This document shows, piece by piece, positions 39,505-52,749 of a DNA stretch of 64,000 bases. The stretch spans positions 27,900,001 to 27,964,000 of the forward strand of contig OZ024759.1 in NCBI GenBank assembly GCA_964016885.1, read 5' to 3'. Source of the DNA: Eledone cirrhosa. Taxonomy: Eukaryota. The notes beneath the pieces were generated by a model. It had not been told where the DNA came from and did no database searches. It saw only the letters and a program-made list of their open reading frames with translations. Each line of letters starts with the position of its first letter. The first letter of the stretch is position 1. Position numbers and translations under genes: made by a program.

Positions 39505-42500
39505 ATTTCTTTATTTACCATAAAGGCATAAAAAGAAGGGACAAATACAAAGGGGGGAGTTTACATACAATCAAGTAAAAAGGGTATAACATGAAAATAA
39601 TCGAAAATAACCTCAAAAGGGAGGGGACGTGATGGGGGTTGCACACACCCCCGAAAAAGTGTGCAATCCTTTGCCCGGGGAGCACATGGAGAAGGTGCTC
39701 CCCTCTCCTTTACTTCTTTACCTACAGGATGGTATACAGAGAAGGCCCATTTACACGAGCCATTCTCGCCACTATCACCCACCTTTCATAAAACTGCCTG
39801 TGGCCAAGCACCTCTCTCTCCATTCTTATCCTTCTTCCGAAGTGATATCGGAAGAAGTAGACCAGATTCTGGCCAGAGAGGAAGTTGCCTGACCTCAGAC
39901 CTTTCAATCGTGTCCACCAAACAACCTCTTTCAACATGGCTATTACGCACAGAAAAACCGCCTTTGCTTCCTTTGTGAAGAGGGGAGGCGGCTTGATTGT
40001 CATCACGGACTCGGCGGTCAATTGAATCGGCGCCACCCGCGACAGCAGTCGTTCGGCGTAGCCCCACAGATCAGCCACGCCCGGACATTGCACCAATGCG
40101 TGCGCAACGGTTTCTTCGTGACGCACGCATCTAGGGCAAATCTTTTTTGAGGGATCCCTGCCCGGGCGCCCGTGTCTGTAGAGCCTCTCTCGAACGGGTA
40201 GAGCCCCTCGGTAGCACTGCCAGGCCAGTGACTTCTGGAAGTTGTCCATTGGTCCTGGGCCGAAAGTCGTACCGAACAGGCTGGCCAGTTCGTCTTCCTC
40301 CATGTCTAGCGACTCTCCAAGGGTGTCATCGCCCCTGCTAGCCACCAGCCCTCTATAGAATGATGAGGTGGATTCTCCACCGATGGCCTGGCCCGCTTGC
40401 CAGAGAGCCCTGAGCGCCTGAGCACACTCAGTGTGCCAGTCTCCCAGTTTTCCGGATCTTTGCTTGACCCAGGACTGTAGCTCGTTGAGCGAGACGAGTC
40501 TCGGAAAGGCTCGTTTCACGAACGGAGCCCACACCGGTTGACCAGTGAGGAATACCTGTAGGTGCCGTAGCCTTAATGCGTGCCTACGCATCATCAACCA
40601 CGGCATCCCCAGCTCTCCTTTCGAAGGTTGTTGGCAGCAGATGGATCTTCTCACCATAGGAGGGCGCTTCTTCCAAAGAAATTGGAAGAGCATGCGTTCC
40701 ATGGTGGTGAGTGTTTCCTTAGGGCAAGGCACGACAGTCAGGCGGTAGTAAGTGACGGACGCTATGTAAATGTTCGCCACCTCCGCCCGGCCTTTTAGGG
40801 ACAGCTTACACTTGGCCCATTTCTGGGTTAGTGCAAACACCTTGTTCGTAACCTCGTTCCAGTTCTTTTCCACCTGGAGGTCCGGTCCAAACCAGACCCC
40901 AAGCAACTTTACCGGGCCCTCCGTCCAGTGTCCGACGACACCGTTGGGAGGCATCGGTCTGCCTCTCCACGTTCCGAGTTGCAGCCCGATGGATTTTTCC
41001 CTGTTCAGTTTCGCTCCTGACAACCTTTCGTAATCCTCCAGTAAGGTACCGATCGCCTCGATCTCCGAGTCGGTCGATACCATTACTGTTACGTCATCGG
41101 CGTAGGCCGACACCGCTTTGCTCAATCCTGGTTCCAGGGGGATACCCTGCAACAACTCCAACTTCCTCAGTAAAGGCTCGAGAGTCAATACGTACAGAAG
41201 GGAGGAGAGAGGGCACCCCTGTCGAATGGATCGTGTGATTTCGAACGGCTTCGAAAGGTAGCCGTTCACCTTGATCCTAGAACAGATGTGGTTGCTATGT
41301 AAGGCAGTGATCCAGCCTCTGAAAACAGGACCGAACCCAGCCGCCGCTAGCACCGCATCCAGGTAACTATGGTCGACCCTATCGAAGGCCTTAGACTGAT
41401 CCAAGTTGATCAGAGCCCCACCGAAGCCGGGTTTGTTGCCAACCCTCTCTATGATGTATCGCATGAGGTGGAGGTTATCGTGAATGGACCTGGATGGGAT
41501 AGCACATGTCTGCGCATCTCCCACCAGGCCACCCACGACAAGCGCCAACCTCTTTGCTAACACCTTGGCCAAAATCTTTAACTCTGTGTTTAGCAGGGTT
41601 ATGGGCCGAAAATTATTTATACTATCTCCCTTGTTCTCGTCCTTCCTCACCAGCGTGACTACGCCCTTGGCTACAGAACAAGGAATTCTCCCGTTCTGCT
41701 GCCAATTGCAGTAGACCACTTCGAGGAGTTCGGAGAAGAAGACCGGCATTGCTAAATAAAGTTCGTAAGGTATACCATCGAGACCTGGAGATTTGCGTCT
41801 GCTGCATTGGCTCAGCGCATCTCCGATCTCATCAGCCGAGATTGGTCCCTCGCAGGACTCTGCCTCTTCGCTCGAGAGACGCGGCAGGCCGTCGAGGTAT
41901 GGACCGAAATCCACGCCCCCGCCCGGACCCTCGCCTCCCCCGAACAATCGGGCAAAGTGCCTTTGAAAGGCCTCGCACATCTGCTTAGGCTCCCGGATCA
42001 CCCGTCCATCTTCGTCTTGCAACGACCGGATGGTGGATCGATTTCCACTCTTAGCTTCTGTCACGCGGGCCCAGCCAACGGCTTTGGCCCCCTCATTACC
42101 TAGAGCACGTAATTTACTTCGAATTACGCAGCCTTCGTGCTTTGCATCGAAAAACTGGTTCAAGGCCGTCCTCGATGCCAGCACTCTGGCCACATCTTCG
42201 CTCTTGATTGCCTCTTCTAATTTACCTGTTAATTCTTTCTCGTTTCTATTCCTATCGGCAGCTAACATCTTGCTATAACTTATTGATTCTGTTCTAATCT
42301 CTCTTTTGAGAGATGCCCACCATCGGTTGTTGACGATTGCACCCGTCAACCTCTCCTTAACTAATCTGCTAATCCGGTTTCTGTAAGTCTCTTTTGCCGG
42401 TAAAGACAAATTAAGTTTCCAGTAACCGGGACCCTGTTTATGTGTTTTCTCGAGATTGACTACGCAGGTCACTAATTTGTGATCCGTGTAGCCAACCGTG

Positions 42501-42655
42501 CGCATTTCTGGACAGCTTAATATCCTTACTTCTAACTAAGAATCTATCAAAGTACGATCTAGATTGACCACTGTGATTTCTTCAAGTCCAGGTAGGCACA
42601 GTTGGAAAATCTAGTCGATATCTATCGACCAAGTTAAAACGGTCGAGTAACCTAA
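39505..42655 (-). mobile_element. Tx1/L1-clade non-LTR retrotransposon, 5'-truncated within the APE endonuclease
   Basis: GC-rich 3.15-kb block with a long ORF2. The upstream remnant LVDRYRLDFPTVPTWT*RNHSGQSRSYFDRFLV (one stop, one frameshift) is APE-like. 3' UTR of about 215 nt ends in AATAAAGAAATA. GA/GATA microsatellite on both flanks. Confidence 0.95.
39722..42505 (-). CDS. LINE ORF2 remnant (endonuclease tail, reverse transcriptase, CCHC zinc knuckle), 927 aa open frame
   Basis: TDHKLV (APE SDH motif), YWKLN, KSPGLDG, FRPITLLNTELKILAK, LDQSKAFDRVDH, RQGCPLS, YADDV, KLLGV, CPRCVRHEETVAHALVQC. Probably not functional (N-terminus missing). Confidence 0.9.
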   Translation of the reverse strand: MRTVGYTDHKLVTCVVNLEKTHKQGPGYWKLNLSLPAKETYRNRISRLVKERLTGAIVNNRWWASLKREIRTESISYSKMLAADRNRNEKELTGKLEEAIKSEDVARVLASRTALNQFFDAKHEGCVIRSKLRALGNEGAKAVGWARVTEAKSGNRSTIRSLQDEDGRVIREPKQMCEAFQRHFARLFGGGEGPGGGVDFGPYLDGLPRLSSEEAESCEGPISADEIGDALSQCSRRKSPGLDGIPYELYLAMPVFFSELLEVVYCNWQQNGRIPCSVAKGVVTLVRKDENKGDSINNFRPITLLNTELKILAKVLAKRLALVVGGLVGDAQTCAIPSRSIHDNLHLMRYIIERVGNKPGFGGALINLDQSKAFDRVDHSYLDAVLAAAGFGPVFRGWITALHSNHICSRIKVNGYLSKPFEITRSIRQGCPLSSLLYVLTLEPLLRKLELLQGIPLEPGLSKAVSAYADDVTVMVSTDSEIEAIGTLLEDYERLSGAKLNREKSIGLQLGTWRGRPMPPNGVVGHWTEGPVKLLGVWFGPDLQVEKNWNEVTNKVFALTQKWAKCKLSLKGRAEVANIYIASVTYYRLTVVPCPKETLTTMERMLFQFLWKKRPPMVRRSICCQQPSKGELGMPWLMMRRHALRLRHLQVFLTGQPVWAPFVKRAFPRLVSLNELQSWVKQRSGKLGDWHTECAQALRALWQAGQAIGGESTSSFYRGLVASRGDDTLGESLDMEEDELASLFGTTFGPGPMDNFQKSLAWQCYRGALPVRERLYRHGRPGRDPSKKICPRCVRHEETVAHALVQCPGVADLWGYAERLLSRVAPIQLTAESVMTIKPPPLFTKEAKAVFLCVIAMLKEVVWWTRLKGLRSGNFLSGQNLVYFFRYHFGRRIRMEREVLGHRQFYERWVIVARMARVNGPSLYTIL

Positions 42656-43084
42656 GATATATAGAGATAGATAGATAGATAGATATATATATATAGAGAG
42701 AGAGATAGAGATAGATAGATAGACAGATATATATATAGAGAGATAGAGATAGATAGATAGATAGGTAGAGAGAGAGAGAGAGAGATAGAGATAGATAGAT
42801 AGATAGACTGATATATATAGAGAGATAGAGATAGATAGATAGACAGATATATAGAGAGAGATAGAGAGAGAGAGATAGTGTAGAAGTGAGAAAGAGAGCC
42901 GGAATGTATACTACAAAGCATTCTATCCTATGTTCTAACGACTCCATCGATTGACTGTCTTTCCCAAGTTGCTTACTACGACAGCATTACACTTCTACTC
43001 GATGAGGGCTGACCGAGGAATACACAACCACAACAACTTCTACTACGACCAGAAATTGTAGATACAATGATTAAATCAAATAAC

Positions 43085-44258
43085 ATAGTTGAACCTGGAG
43101 TTGAAAGGCAAAGTTGACCTCGGGTGGGATTTGAACTCTGTGAGTCGAGACTTATAGTGAAACAGCCATTAACTTCGTCAATTCACCACTTTAAGAGCAA
43201 TATTAAATAACGGCTTCTTATATAATTTGGGCGAGGAGAAAGACGATTAAATCGACCCCAGTGCGTGACTGGTACTTTATTTATTCGACCCCGTAAGGAT
43301 GAAAGGTAAAGTTAACCTCGGCGGGATTTGAACTCAGATCATAAAGGGCCGTAACTCTATGCTGCAAAGCATGACGTCCGACCCTCTACCGATACTGCCA
43401 ATCCACCGCCATAAGTGTAATATTAATAACGGTAATAATAATAATTGTTTCTACTTTTGGCACAAGGCCAGCAATTACCCAGTACATTACTGGTACTTTA
43501 TTTTATCGACCCCGTAAGGATGAAAGGCAAAGTCAACCTCGGCGGGATTTGAACTCAGATCGTAAAGGGACGTAACTATGCTGGAAAGCAGGGCGTCCGA
43601 CTCTCTACCGATACAGCCAATTCACGCCCTGATAATAATAATAATAATAATAATTGTTTCTAATTTAGGCTCAAGGCCAGCAGTTAGAGGGGGGGGGGGG
43701 TATATCAATTATATTGATTCCACTATATGACTGGTACTTTATTTTATTGATCTATTGACCCTGGGAAGATGAAAGACGATGGTGAACTCGGCAGGGTTTG
43801 ATCTCAGAGATCAGGGAACCGGATCAAATACCACAAAGCATTCTGTCTGACGTTCTAACGACTCTGCCAATGCACCACCATAAGGCTAATATTAATAACG
43901 GTAATAATTGTTTCTACCTTTGGCACAAGGCCACCAATTTCCCCCAGTGCATTACTGGTACTTTATTTTATCAACCCTGTAAGTATGCAAGGCAAAGTTA
44001 ATCTCGGCGGGATTTGAACTCAGAACGTAAAAGGCCATAACTATGCCGCAAAACATGGTGTCTGACGCTCTACCGATATTGCCAATCTACCACCATAATA
44101 ACGGTAATAATAATATTTGGTTCTAATTTAGGATCAAGGCCATCCACTTTATCTTATTGATCCTCGGCGGAATTTGAACTGAGAGAGCAGAGAATCTGAA
44201 CAAATACCACAAAACTCTCTATCCGACGTTCTAACAACTCTGCCAGTTTGTCGCCCCC
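43085..44258 (-). mobile_element. Head-to-tail cluster of about 6 family A SINEs
   Basis: Repeated ctggtactttattttatcgaccccgtaaggatgaaaggcaaag...gggatttgaactcag units separated by (AAT)n. Confidence 0.85.
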
Positions 44259-44866
44259 ATTAATATTCTTTTACACATATCCACATCATTATCATATTAT
44301 TTGTCTATTAAAATCACGACTTCATGCATGCATATTCCTCACAGCTCTGAGCAATCAAGTACGTTTTCTTCTTACATATATTTATTTCCTCTTCTACACT
44401 TTCACAAATGTAATCAAATCATAAATACGCGATTTACGATATTTAATCATTAAATATCGCCATTTGCTGCTGGTTACGACCTACAGATCTGTCATGTAAA
44501 TGACATTGGTGCCACAAAGACAGAAAATTTATCTAGTAAAGTTCAGGATTTATAAACACCATTGGTATACATAAATGTATGTAATTCACTATAGAGCTGT
44601 TTAGTCTGTTGAGTCTTAAGTTTGGAATCTTAACATGGTTCACAACTAGCGAATGTTACAACTGGCTTCAAACAACTCTTCTACAACGGATCGTCTGAGA
44701 AACAAATAATTTTTTCTACTTTAGGAGGAGAGAAATGTCGATTAAATCTCCCCAGTGCATTACTGGTACTTTATCGACTCCGTAAGGATGAAAGGCAAAG
44801 CTAACCTCGAAAGGATTTAAACTCAGAACGTATAAGGCCGTAGCTCCATGCTGCAAACCGTGTCGG

Positions 44867-44969
<103 letters not shown>

Positions 44970-44975
44970 TATTTA

Positions 44976-45037
44976 CAGGGTGTCCCTATTTATTAGAATG
45001 CTGTTGAAGTGTGTATATATTTTTTGGGAACACCCTA
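44976..45037. mobile_element. Tiny Tc1/mariner-type MITE; related copy at 55955-56030
   Basis: TA-CAGGGTGTCCC...GGGAACACCCTA-TA termini. Confidence 0.6.
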
Positions 45038-45087
<50 letters not shown>

Positions 45088-46861
45088 AATGCACATGTAT
45101 ACATATATACAAACATACGTGCATGTATGCATATATACATAGGTATGCATACGTATATTTATACATGCAGTTATGCACAAGTAAATAGCAAAACAAACAA
45201 CACAGTTCAATGAAGAAATATATTAGTTTAACTCTTGAAATAATAAGAAAAGTGTATGAACGTTTCATCAGAAAATAGAAAGATAAAAGAGAGTGAGCAG
45301 TGGCAGAAAGGAAGCAAAAACAAATTTCTTAGAGATAAAGCAGGTCTATTCAGTGTTAATACAACGTTGGTAAACAAAACGCAAACGCAAACAACACAGT
45401 ACAATGAAAAAATATATTAGCTTAACTCTTGATATGGTAGGAAAAATGTCTCTATGTTTCGGACATTAGTCTATTATCAGAAATAATGAGAAATAAAAAG
45501 ATAGATAGTGAGAAAAGGAAGGAACGGGGAAAAAAAGAAAAGATTTTTGAGAAAAATCATGTGTGTGTTCAGTCAGCCATTTCTGAGAAGGGAATAGTGT
45601 TTTGTTTGAGGACACCAGACACAGCCGGATCTGTGAATCGAACTCAGAACGTTATGATTGTGAACCAAATGCTCTAACCATTAAGCTACACTCTATTACA
45701 ACTACGATGATGACTAAAAAAACGATATTAACTGCAATAATAACGACAACGACGACGACGACTAAAAACAAAAAAAACGATGTTAACTGCAATAATAACT
45801 GTTTCTACGTTAGGCACAAGGCCAGCAAATTACCCAGTGCATTACTGGTACTTTATTTTATCGACCCCGTAAGGATGAAAGGCAAAGTCAACCTCGGCTG
45901 GATTTGAACTCAGATCGTAAAGGGACGTAACTATGCTGACGTTAACTGCAATAATAACGGCGATGAAAATAACAACGACGATAATAAAAAAAAAACGATA
46001 TTAACAGCGATGAAAATAACGATGACGATAACTAAAAAAAACTATGTTAACTGCAATAATAACGGTAATGAAAATAACGACGACGAGGACTTGAAAAAGA
46101 AATTGTGTAGCTAGCTGGAAGACGAATACAGATGACATTTAGCAATAGGAATAAAAACATTCCACCATCGTACACCCACATACATGTAGGCTCAGATATA
46201 CACACACACATACATAGGACTAGATACAAACACACACACATATTATTACATACGATAAATATAAATATAGAAGTTACGGGAAGATGAATCAAAGTAGTAG
46301 TGGTGGTGGTAGTAGTAGTGGTGGTGGTGGTAGTAGTAGTAGTCATAGTAGTAGTAGTGGTAGTGGTGGTGGTAGTAGTAGTAGTAGAAGAAGAAGAAGA
46401 AATAATTTGGCAGAATATTCCAGAGTCGAAGAATATTGAAATAAATGACAGGAAACTGAGAGAAGAAAGTAATTAGAATAATTGAAGGAGGGGGAGGGAG
46501 GGAGAAGACTCTAGAACAACAACAACAACAACAGGAATAGATACGTCAACAACAACAGCAAAAACGACAACAGCATTAACAACAACAACAACAGCAAAAA
46601 CAACAACAACAGCATCAATAAGGGAAACAGCAACGTCAGCATCAACAGCAGCAGCAGCAGCAGCAGCAGCATCAACAACAATTATAACAACAGCAACGAC
46701 AGCAATAACAGCAACAACAGCAGCAACAACAACTACAACAGCAACAACAATTACAACAGCAACGACAACAACTACTACAACAACAGCAGTGACAACAGCT
46801 TAAATAACTACATGCTTAAGTATGAAGCGATGGCATTACTCGAAACCAAGTTGCAGCCACC

Positions 46862-47586
46862 ATGTATGGCTTAGTGGTTTGAGCGTTGAGCTCACAATCT
46901 GAAGATTGTGAGTTCGAATCCTAGACCGGGCTTTGCGTTGTGTCCTTGAGCAAAACATTTTATTTCACGTTGTTCCAGTTTACTGAGCTGTAGAAATGAG
47001 TTATGACATCACTAGTGCCAAGTTGTAGCGGCCATTGCCTTTCCCCTGGACATCATCACATATAGTGTATATATAGAGTATATAGTGTATCATATATATA
47101 GTGTATATATTGTATAAAGTGCATATATAGTCTATAATGTATATATATGTTGTGACATCTCTGGTGCCAAGCTGTAGCGGCCATTGCCTTTCCCCTGGAC
47201 ATCATCACATATAGTGTATATAGCGTATAGAGTATATATAGTGTATATATTGTATAAAGTGTATATATAGTCTATAATGTATATATATGTTGTGACATCT
47301 CTGGTGCCAAGCTGTATCAGCCATTGCCTTTCCCCTGGACATCATCACATATAGTGTATATATATAGAGTATAGAGTGTATCATATATAGGGTGTATATA
47401 TTGTATAAAGTGCATATATAGTCTTCTGATTTCAAATCCCGAAGAGGTTAACTTTACCTTTCATCCTTACGGGGTCAATAAAATAAAGTACCAGTAATAC
47501 ACTGGGGTAATTGCTGGCCTTGTGCCAAAAGTATAAACAATTATTTCTGGCAATAGTATTACAACAATATGACCCTCCCCAAGTAT

Positions 47587-47644
<58 letters not shown>

Positions 47645-47840
47645 CGAAGGAAATGTGGTACGGAACCAGGTGGACCATAACGCACCAAAGTACTCAATAC
47701 TTAGGGTAGTAGAGTGGGTAATAGGAACGAGTAGGACCCCGACGGCTGAGCTCAAGCCGTTTCGAAGGCTAATTCTGGATTCTGAGTCCAGAATTAGCCG
47801 TCGAAACGGCTTGAGCTCAGCCGTCGGGGTCCTACTCGTT

Positions 47841-47889
<49 letters not shown>

Positions 47890-48200
47890 ATTTGAAAGCG
47901 CATGACTTAGTGGTTAGAGCGTTGTGCTTGCAATGATGAGGTTGTGAGTTCGATTCCCAGACCGGATAATGCGTTGAATCCTTGTGCAAGACACTTTATT
48001 TCACGTTGCTCCAGTTCACTCAGCTGTAGGAATGAGTTGTGATGTCACTGGTGCCAAACTGTATCAGTCATTGCCTCTCCCTGGGACAACATCAGTGGCA
48101 TGGAGAGAGGAGACTAGTATGCATGGGCAACTTTCAAGGTGCAAATCCCAATCCCATGGTCATCCATGACCGAAGTGGGTTTTTACCTATTGTGTATGTG
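46862..48200 (+). mobile_element. Two CORE-type SINEs (46862-47060, 47895-48200) with intervening tandem duplications
   Basis: tggcttagtggtt...gagttcgaatcc...tgtccttgagcaaaacattttatttcacg. The 3' part is re-duplicated at 47150 and 47290. Confidence 0.7.
47643..47845 (-). mobile_element. Penelope-like fold-back mini-element, family H3 (125-bp palindrome plus 78-bp extension)
   Basis: Palindrome 47721-47845 centred at 47783, carrying a hammerhead 3' half GAAAC-GGCT(TGAGCTC)AGCC-GTC|GGGG. (TA)n on both sides. Confidence 0.7.
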
Positions 48201-48390
48201 GAGTGTACCCACAGATGCCCCACAGATGTATAAATCCATCTCAATGGATATATTATTTGCAGACAGCTAAAAGGTTAAAATTGAATTATGCCAGAGAGCC
48301 ATTCATGAATAAACTATCGTATTTAACTTTACTTTCTGAGGTTCAGTGTACTCTAGGATGGGAAAATCTGGTTCATACGAACAAACCATA

Positions 48391-48472
<82 letters not shown>

Positions 48473-48525
48473 ATTATTATTTATTCATATATAAACTACA
48501 AAGACAAGAAATTTACGTTTTACTA

Positions 48526-48578
<53 letters not shown>

Positions 48579-50342
48579 CAAATATATATCATATATATAT
48601 ATATATACATACAAATATACATATATATAAAATTAATATTTATTTATATATAAACTACAAAGACAATTTTACGTTTCACTAGAATATATATATATATATA
48701 TATATATAAACATATACATAAATATATACATATATATATGAAATTAATATTTATTTATTTATATATATACTACAAAGACAATGAGTTTATGTTTCACTAG
48801 AATTACCCTTATCACCAAAACATCTATATTCGGTTATTATGATATGCTAGACTGGTTATGGTGGCTTAATTTTGTGTGTCCGCATATTGATTCCTTTTGT
48901 CCAACACATCACAATGTGGTGGTTTGAAGTCAGTGCAGGATTATTGACTAAATGGGTGCTGCCATAAAATCGATAAAAAAACTAATCATTTAAGCATTCA
49001 CACGAAATTATTACGTAAACGGTGTTAATGTTAACGAGAGGACAACGAGAGTAACAGATAAAAACCCACCCCCGCACCACCATCATCCCCACCCCTTCAA
49101 TCACCATCATCACCACCACCACCACCAGCAATATACACCTCCAACAAAACCCACACCCCCTTCGAAAAACCGCACCTCCAACAACAATACTACTCTAGGA
49201 ATATCATCAACAACATCTCCACCAACAACACCACAACCATCACCACCACCACCAACAACAAAACTACCTCCCACACCCCCTCCCCCATACCCCTCACCTG
49301 CTTCACCACCCACTTCTTTCACCCCCTCCCATCTCCAAAAACAATACGACTCTAGGAATATTATCAACAACATCTCCACCGACAACACCACCACCACCAC
49401 CACCACCAACAACAACAGAACTACCTCCAACACCCCTACCGCCTCTACCCCCTCATCCACCCCCTCATCCACCATCACCACCACCGCCAACAACAGAACT
49501 ACCTCCAACACCCCCCACCCCTCCAACAACAACAATACCACTCTAGGAGTATCAACACCAACACCATCACTACAACAAAACCACCACAACCACCACCACC
49601 ACCACCATCACAACAACAACAACACCAACATCTCCACCAACACCACACCACCACCACCACCACAACAACAACAACATCACCACCGCCAACACCACCACCA
49701 CCACAACAACAACATCACCACCACCAACACCACCACCACAACATCATCACCACCACCACCACCACATCATCACCACCACCACCACCACATCAACAACAAC
49801 ATCACCACCACAACAACAACACCACCAACACCACCACCACCACCATCTCCAACAACAACACCACCAACACCCCCACAACAACAACAACAACCAATATAAA
49901 GAACACAAAGAATGTAACGAAGGCAGAAATTAATCTTTTCTTTTCTTGCAATCCTCAACCAAGCTGGGAATTGTTGAAGGCAACAGAAGAACGAATGAGT
50001 GTGTATGATGTTTTCAGGAGACGACAAAGGTCCTTTATTGCTCACATCATTGATTGAGCTCTGTAATGGCGGCTTATTGAAGTCCATGACACAGTGGATG
50101 TGTGTGTGTGTGTGAGAGAGAGTGTATGTGTGTGTGTGTGTGAGAGAGAGTGTGTGTATGTGAGAGAGTATGTATGAGAGAGAATATGTGTGTAAGAGAG
50201 AGAGAGAGTGTGTGTGTGTAAGAGAGAGATGGAAAGAGCGTGTGTGTGTGTGTGTAGGGTTGGGGGAGGAGAGGACATAGTCATGATAAAGATTCAGTGA
50301 TTAAAAATGAGCATAAAAATGTTTAATCAACAAAATATTTAA

Positions 50343-50385
<43 letters not shown>

Positions 50386-50469
50386 CATTTCTCGGTAACA
50401 AAAAAGATATTTTGTAAATATGTGAACAACAACAAAATTTAATAACGATAATAGCAATAATAATAATAA

Positions 50470-50960
50470 ATAATGGTTTCTGAGTTAGGCGCACGGCCAG
50501 CAATTTTGGGGGGAGGGGGAAGTCGACCAATAATTGTTTCTACTTTTGGCAGAAGGCCAGCAATTACCCAGTACATTACTGGTACTTTATTTTATCGACC
50601 CCGTAAAGATGAAAGGCAAAGTTAACGTCGACGGGATTTGAACTCAGACCGTAAAGGGACGAAACTATGCTAGAAAGCATGGCGTCCAACCCTCTACCGA
50701 TAAATAATTATGTTTCTACTTTTGGCACAAGGCCAGCAATTACCCAGTGCATTACTGGTACTTTATTTTATCGACCCCGTAAGGATGAAAGGCAAAGTTA
50801 ACCTCGGCGGGATTTGAACTCCTAACTCTATGCTGCAAAGCATGGTGTCTGACGCTCTACCGATTCTGCCAAACCACCGCTCTATATAATAATTGTTTCT
50901 ACTTTAGGCACAAGGTCAGCAATCTTTCGGTGGGAAGGGGAAAGTCGATTAAATCGACCA
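50470..50960 (-). mobile_element. Nested or tandem cluster of family A SINEs
   Basis: Two near-full copies plus two 3' fragments, same orientation. Confidence 0.85.
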
Positions 50961-51119
50961 ATAATAATAGTAATAAAATAAAAATATCCTTTGATGAATT
51001 TGTAATGTAATGTTGGAGTACTTGTTAAGGTGTAGGAAGAAGCGGAGGAGGGAAACAAGAAATGGTTGGGATCAAAGGAAATATTTTATTAAATTCGTTT
51101 TTCCTTTATTTAAAATCGC

Positions 51120-51395
51120 TTTTTGGTTTTTCTTTCGTATTCAACGAGTCACATGACAGTGAATGTACCACGACTGACTAAATACACACGTGCTTTTTCA
51201 TAAAAAAATCCTTTTTCCGTTTCTTTCTCTTCTCACTCTCTATCTTTCTATTTCATCTTTTACTCCCTATTCTATCTTCTGATAAAGGACTAGTATCCGA
51301 AACATAAAAACTCATTTCCTACTATATTAAGCATTCAACTAATGTTTTCATTGTACTGTGTCACTTTCTTTGTTGTTTCCGTTTACTTTTTGCAA

Positions 51396-51398
<3 letters not shown>
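51120..51398 (+). mobile_element. Family H1 element with decayed hammerhead (CTGATAA...GAAAC at 51279-51303); inverted relatives at 45180-45520
   Basis: Shares flanks with 6150-6380 and 21080-21310. Confidence 0.55.
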
Positions 51399-51432
<34 letters not shown>

Positions 51433-51441
51433 ATATAGAAA

Positions 51442-51502
51442 GGCTTCTACAGGACTAGAACTGTTTCATTCTGGAGAAATCATCAGGAGGCTTCCTGATG
51501 AT
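51442..51502 (-). ncRNA. Type I hammerhead motif, family H2, with short fold-back
   Basis: Minus strand: GCCTC-CTGATGA-T-TTC(TCCA)GAA-T-GAAA-CAG(TTCTAGTC)CT-GTA|GAAGCC. Immediately followed on + by GGCTTCCTGATGAT (inverted start of the same motif). Embedded in (TA)n. Confidence 0.7.
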
Positions 51503-51748
51503 ATATATATATAAAAGAACGATCGACTTTCGTCAAATCGGACCGAGGTAACAATGTTTCCATTGGTCTTTCCAGTTGCTAATACTATCTATCTGTCGCA
51601 ACTCCAGATAGAAGGAACAGCGTGAAATAAAGTGTCTTGCTCAAGGACATAGCGCATCACTTGCTCTGGGAATCGAACTCACAACCTCACGATTGCGAAT
51701 CCAATCCTCTAACAGACACACACCTTCACATGCCCCTCTCTCTCTCTC

Positions 51749-51792
<44 letters not shown>

Positions 51793-51828
51793 AATATAAA
51801 TATATATATAAATATATATATATATATA

Positions 51829-51862
<34 letters not shown>

Positions 51863-51869
51863 AATATAA

Positions 51870-51957
<88 letters not shown>

Positions 51958-52190
51958 GACGAATGAAGAGTGAAACAAGGTGTTTTAACTTCATTTATTT
52001 ATGTCTTGATATTCTCTTTTATTTTTCACTGAAGAAGAGATTTTAATCTCAAAATATCAGGACATAAACAAATTAAAGTAAAACATACAACATCTTATTT
52101 CACACTTTGTTCGCTCATTTCACATTGTCATGGCTTTCAAACTTTAAATTTTATACACAATATACAAAGCTTCAAGTAAACTACACATTC

Positions 52191-52229
<39 letters not shown>

Positions 52230-52342
52230 TTTTGAAAAAAGGAAAAGAATGACTTCATTTGTAGTTCTAAACAATTTGATTTAATTTTATGTTATAATAT
52301 TATGAGTTGGTGTATGTTTTATATATATATATATATATATAT

Positions 52343-52499
52343 AACAAAGAAGGTGTGGTAAGATATCAGGTGGACGATAATACACCAGGCTACTCGATAA
52401 TTAGGGTAGTAGAGTGGCCCCGGCCGTTTCGAAGCTAGATCCGAACTGATCTAGCTGTCGAAACGGCTGGAGCTCAGCTGTCGGGGTACTGACTCTTTT

Positions 52500-52503
<4 letters not shown>
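52343..52503 (-). mobile_element. Family H3 mini-element, diverged copy with partly deleted palindrome
   Basis: Same extension (gtggtaagatatcaggtggacgataatacacc...gggtagtagagtgg) and gccgtttcgaagctagatc...gatctagctgtcgaaacggc hairpin, in (TA)n. Confidence 0.65.
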
Positions 52504-52545
<42 letters not shown>

Positions 52546-52749
52546 GGAGTGTGTGTGTATGTGTGTGTGTCTAACCATGGTTACAGGTGGTTCGTCCTTT
52601 AAAGCACTCAATATTGTTACGAGGTTCTGTCTCATTTAATGTTTAGACTTCAGTTTACTCCAGAGTTAAAGCGGCTGTAACGAGCAGAGTATAAATACAA
52701 GCTGGATCTCTCTCTCTCTCTCTCACACATATACAAGCACATACATACA

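Noticed and set aside
49770-50087. ORF MDFNKPPLQSSINDVSNK... as a gene start
   Set aside because: No recognisable homology, no good donor site, and it runs into a GGT/GTT repeat.
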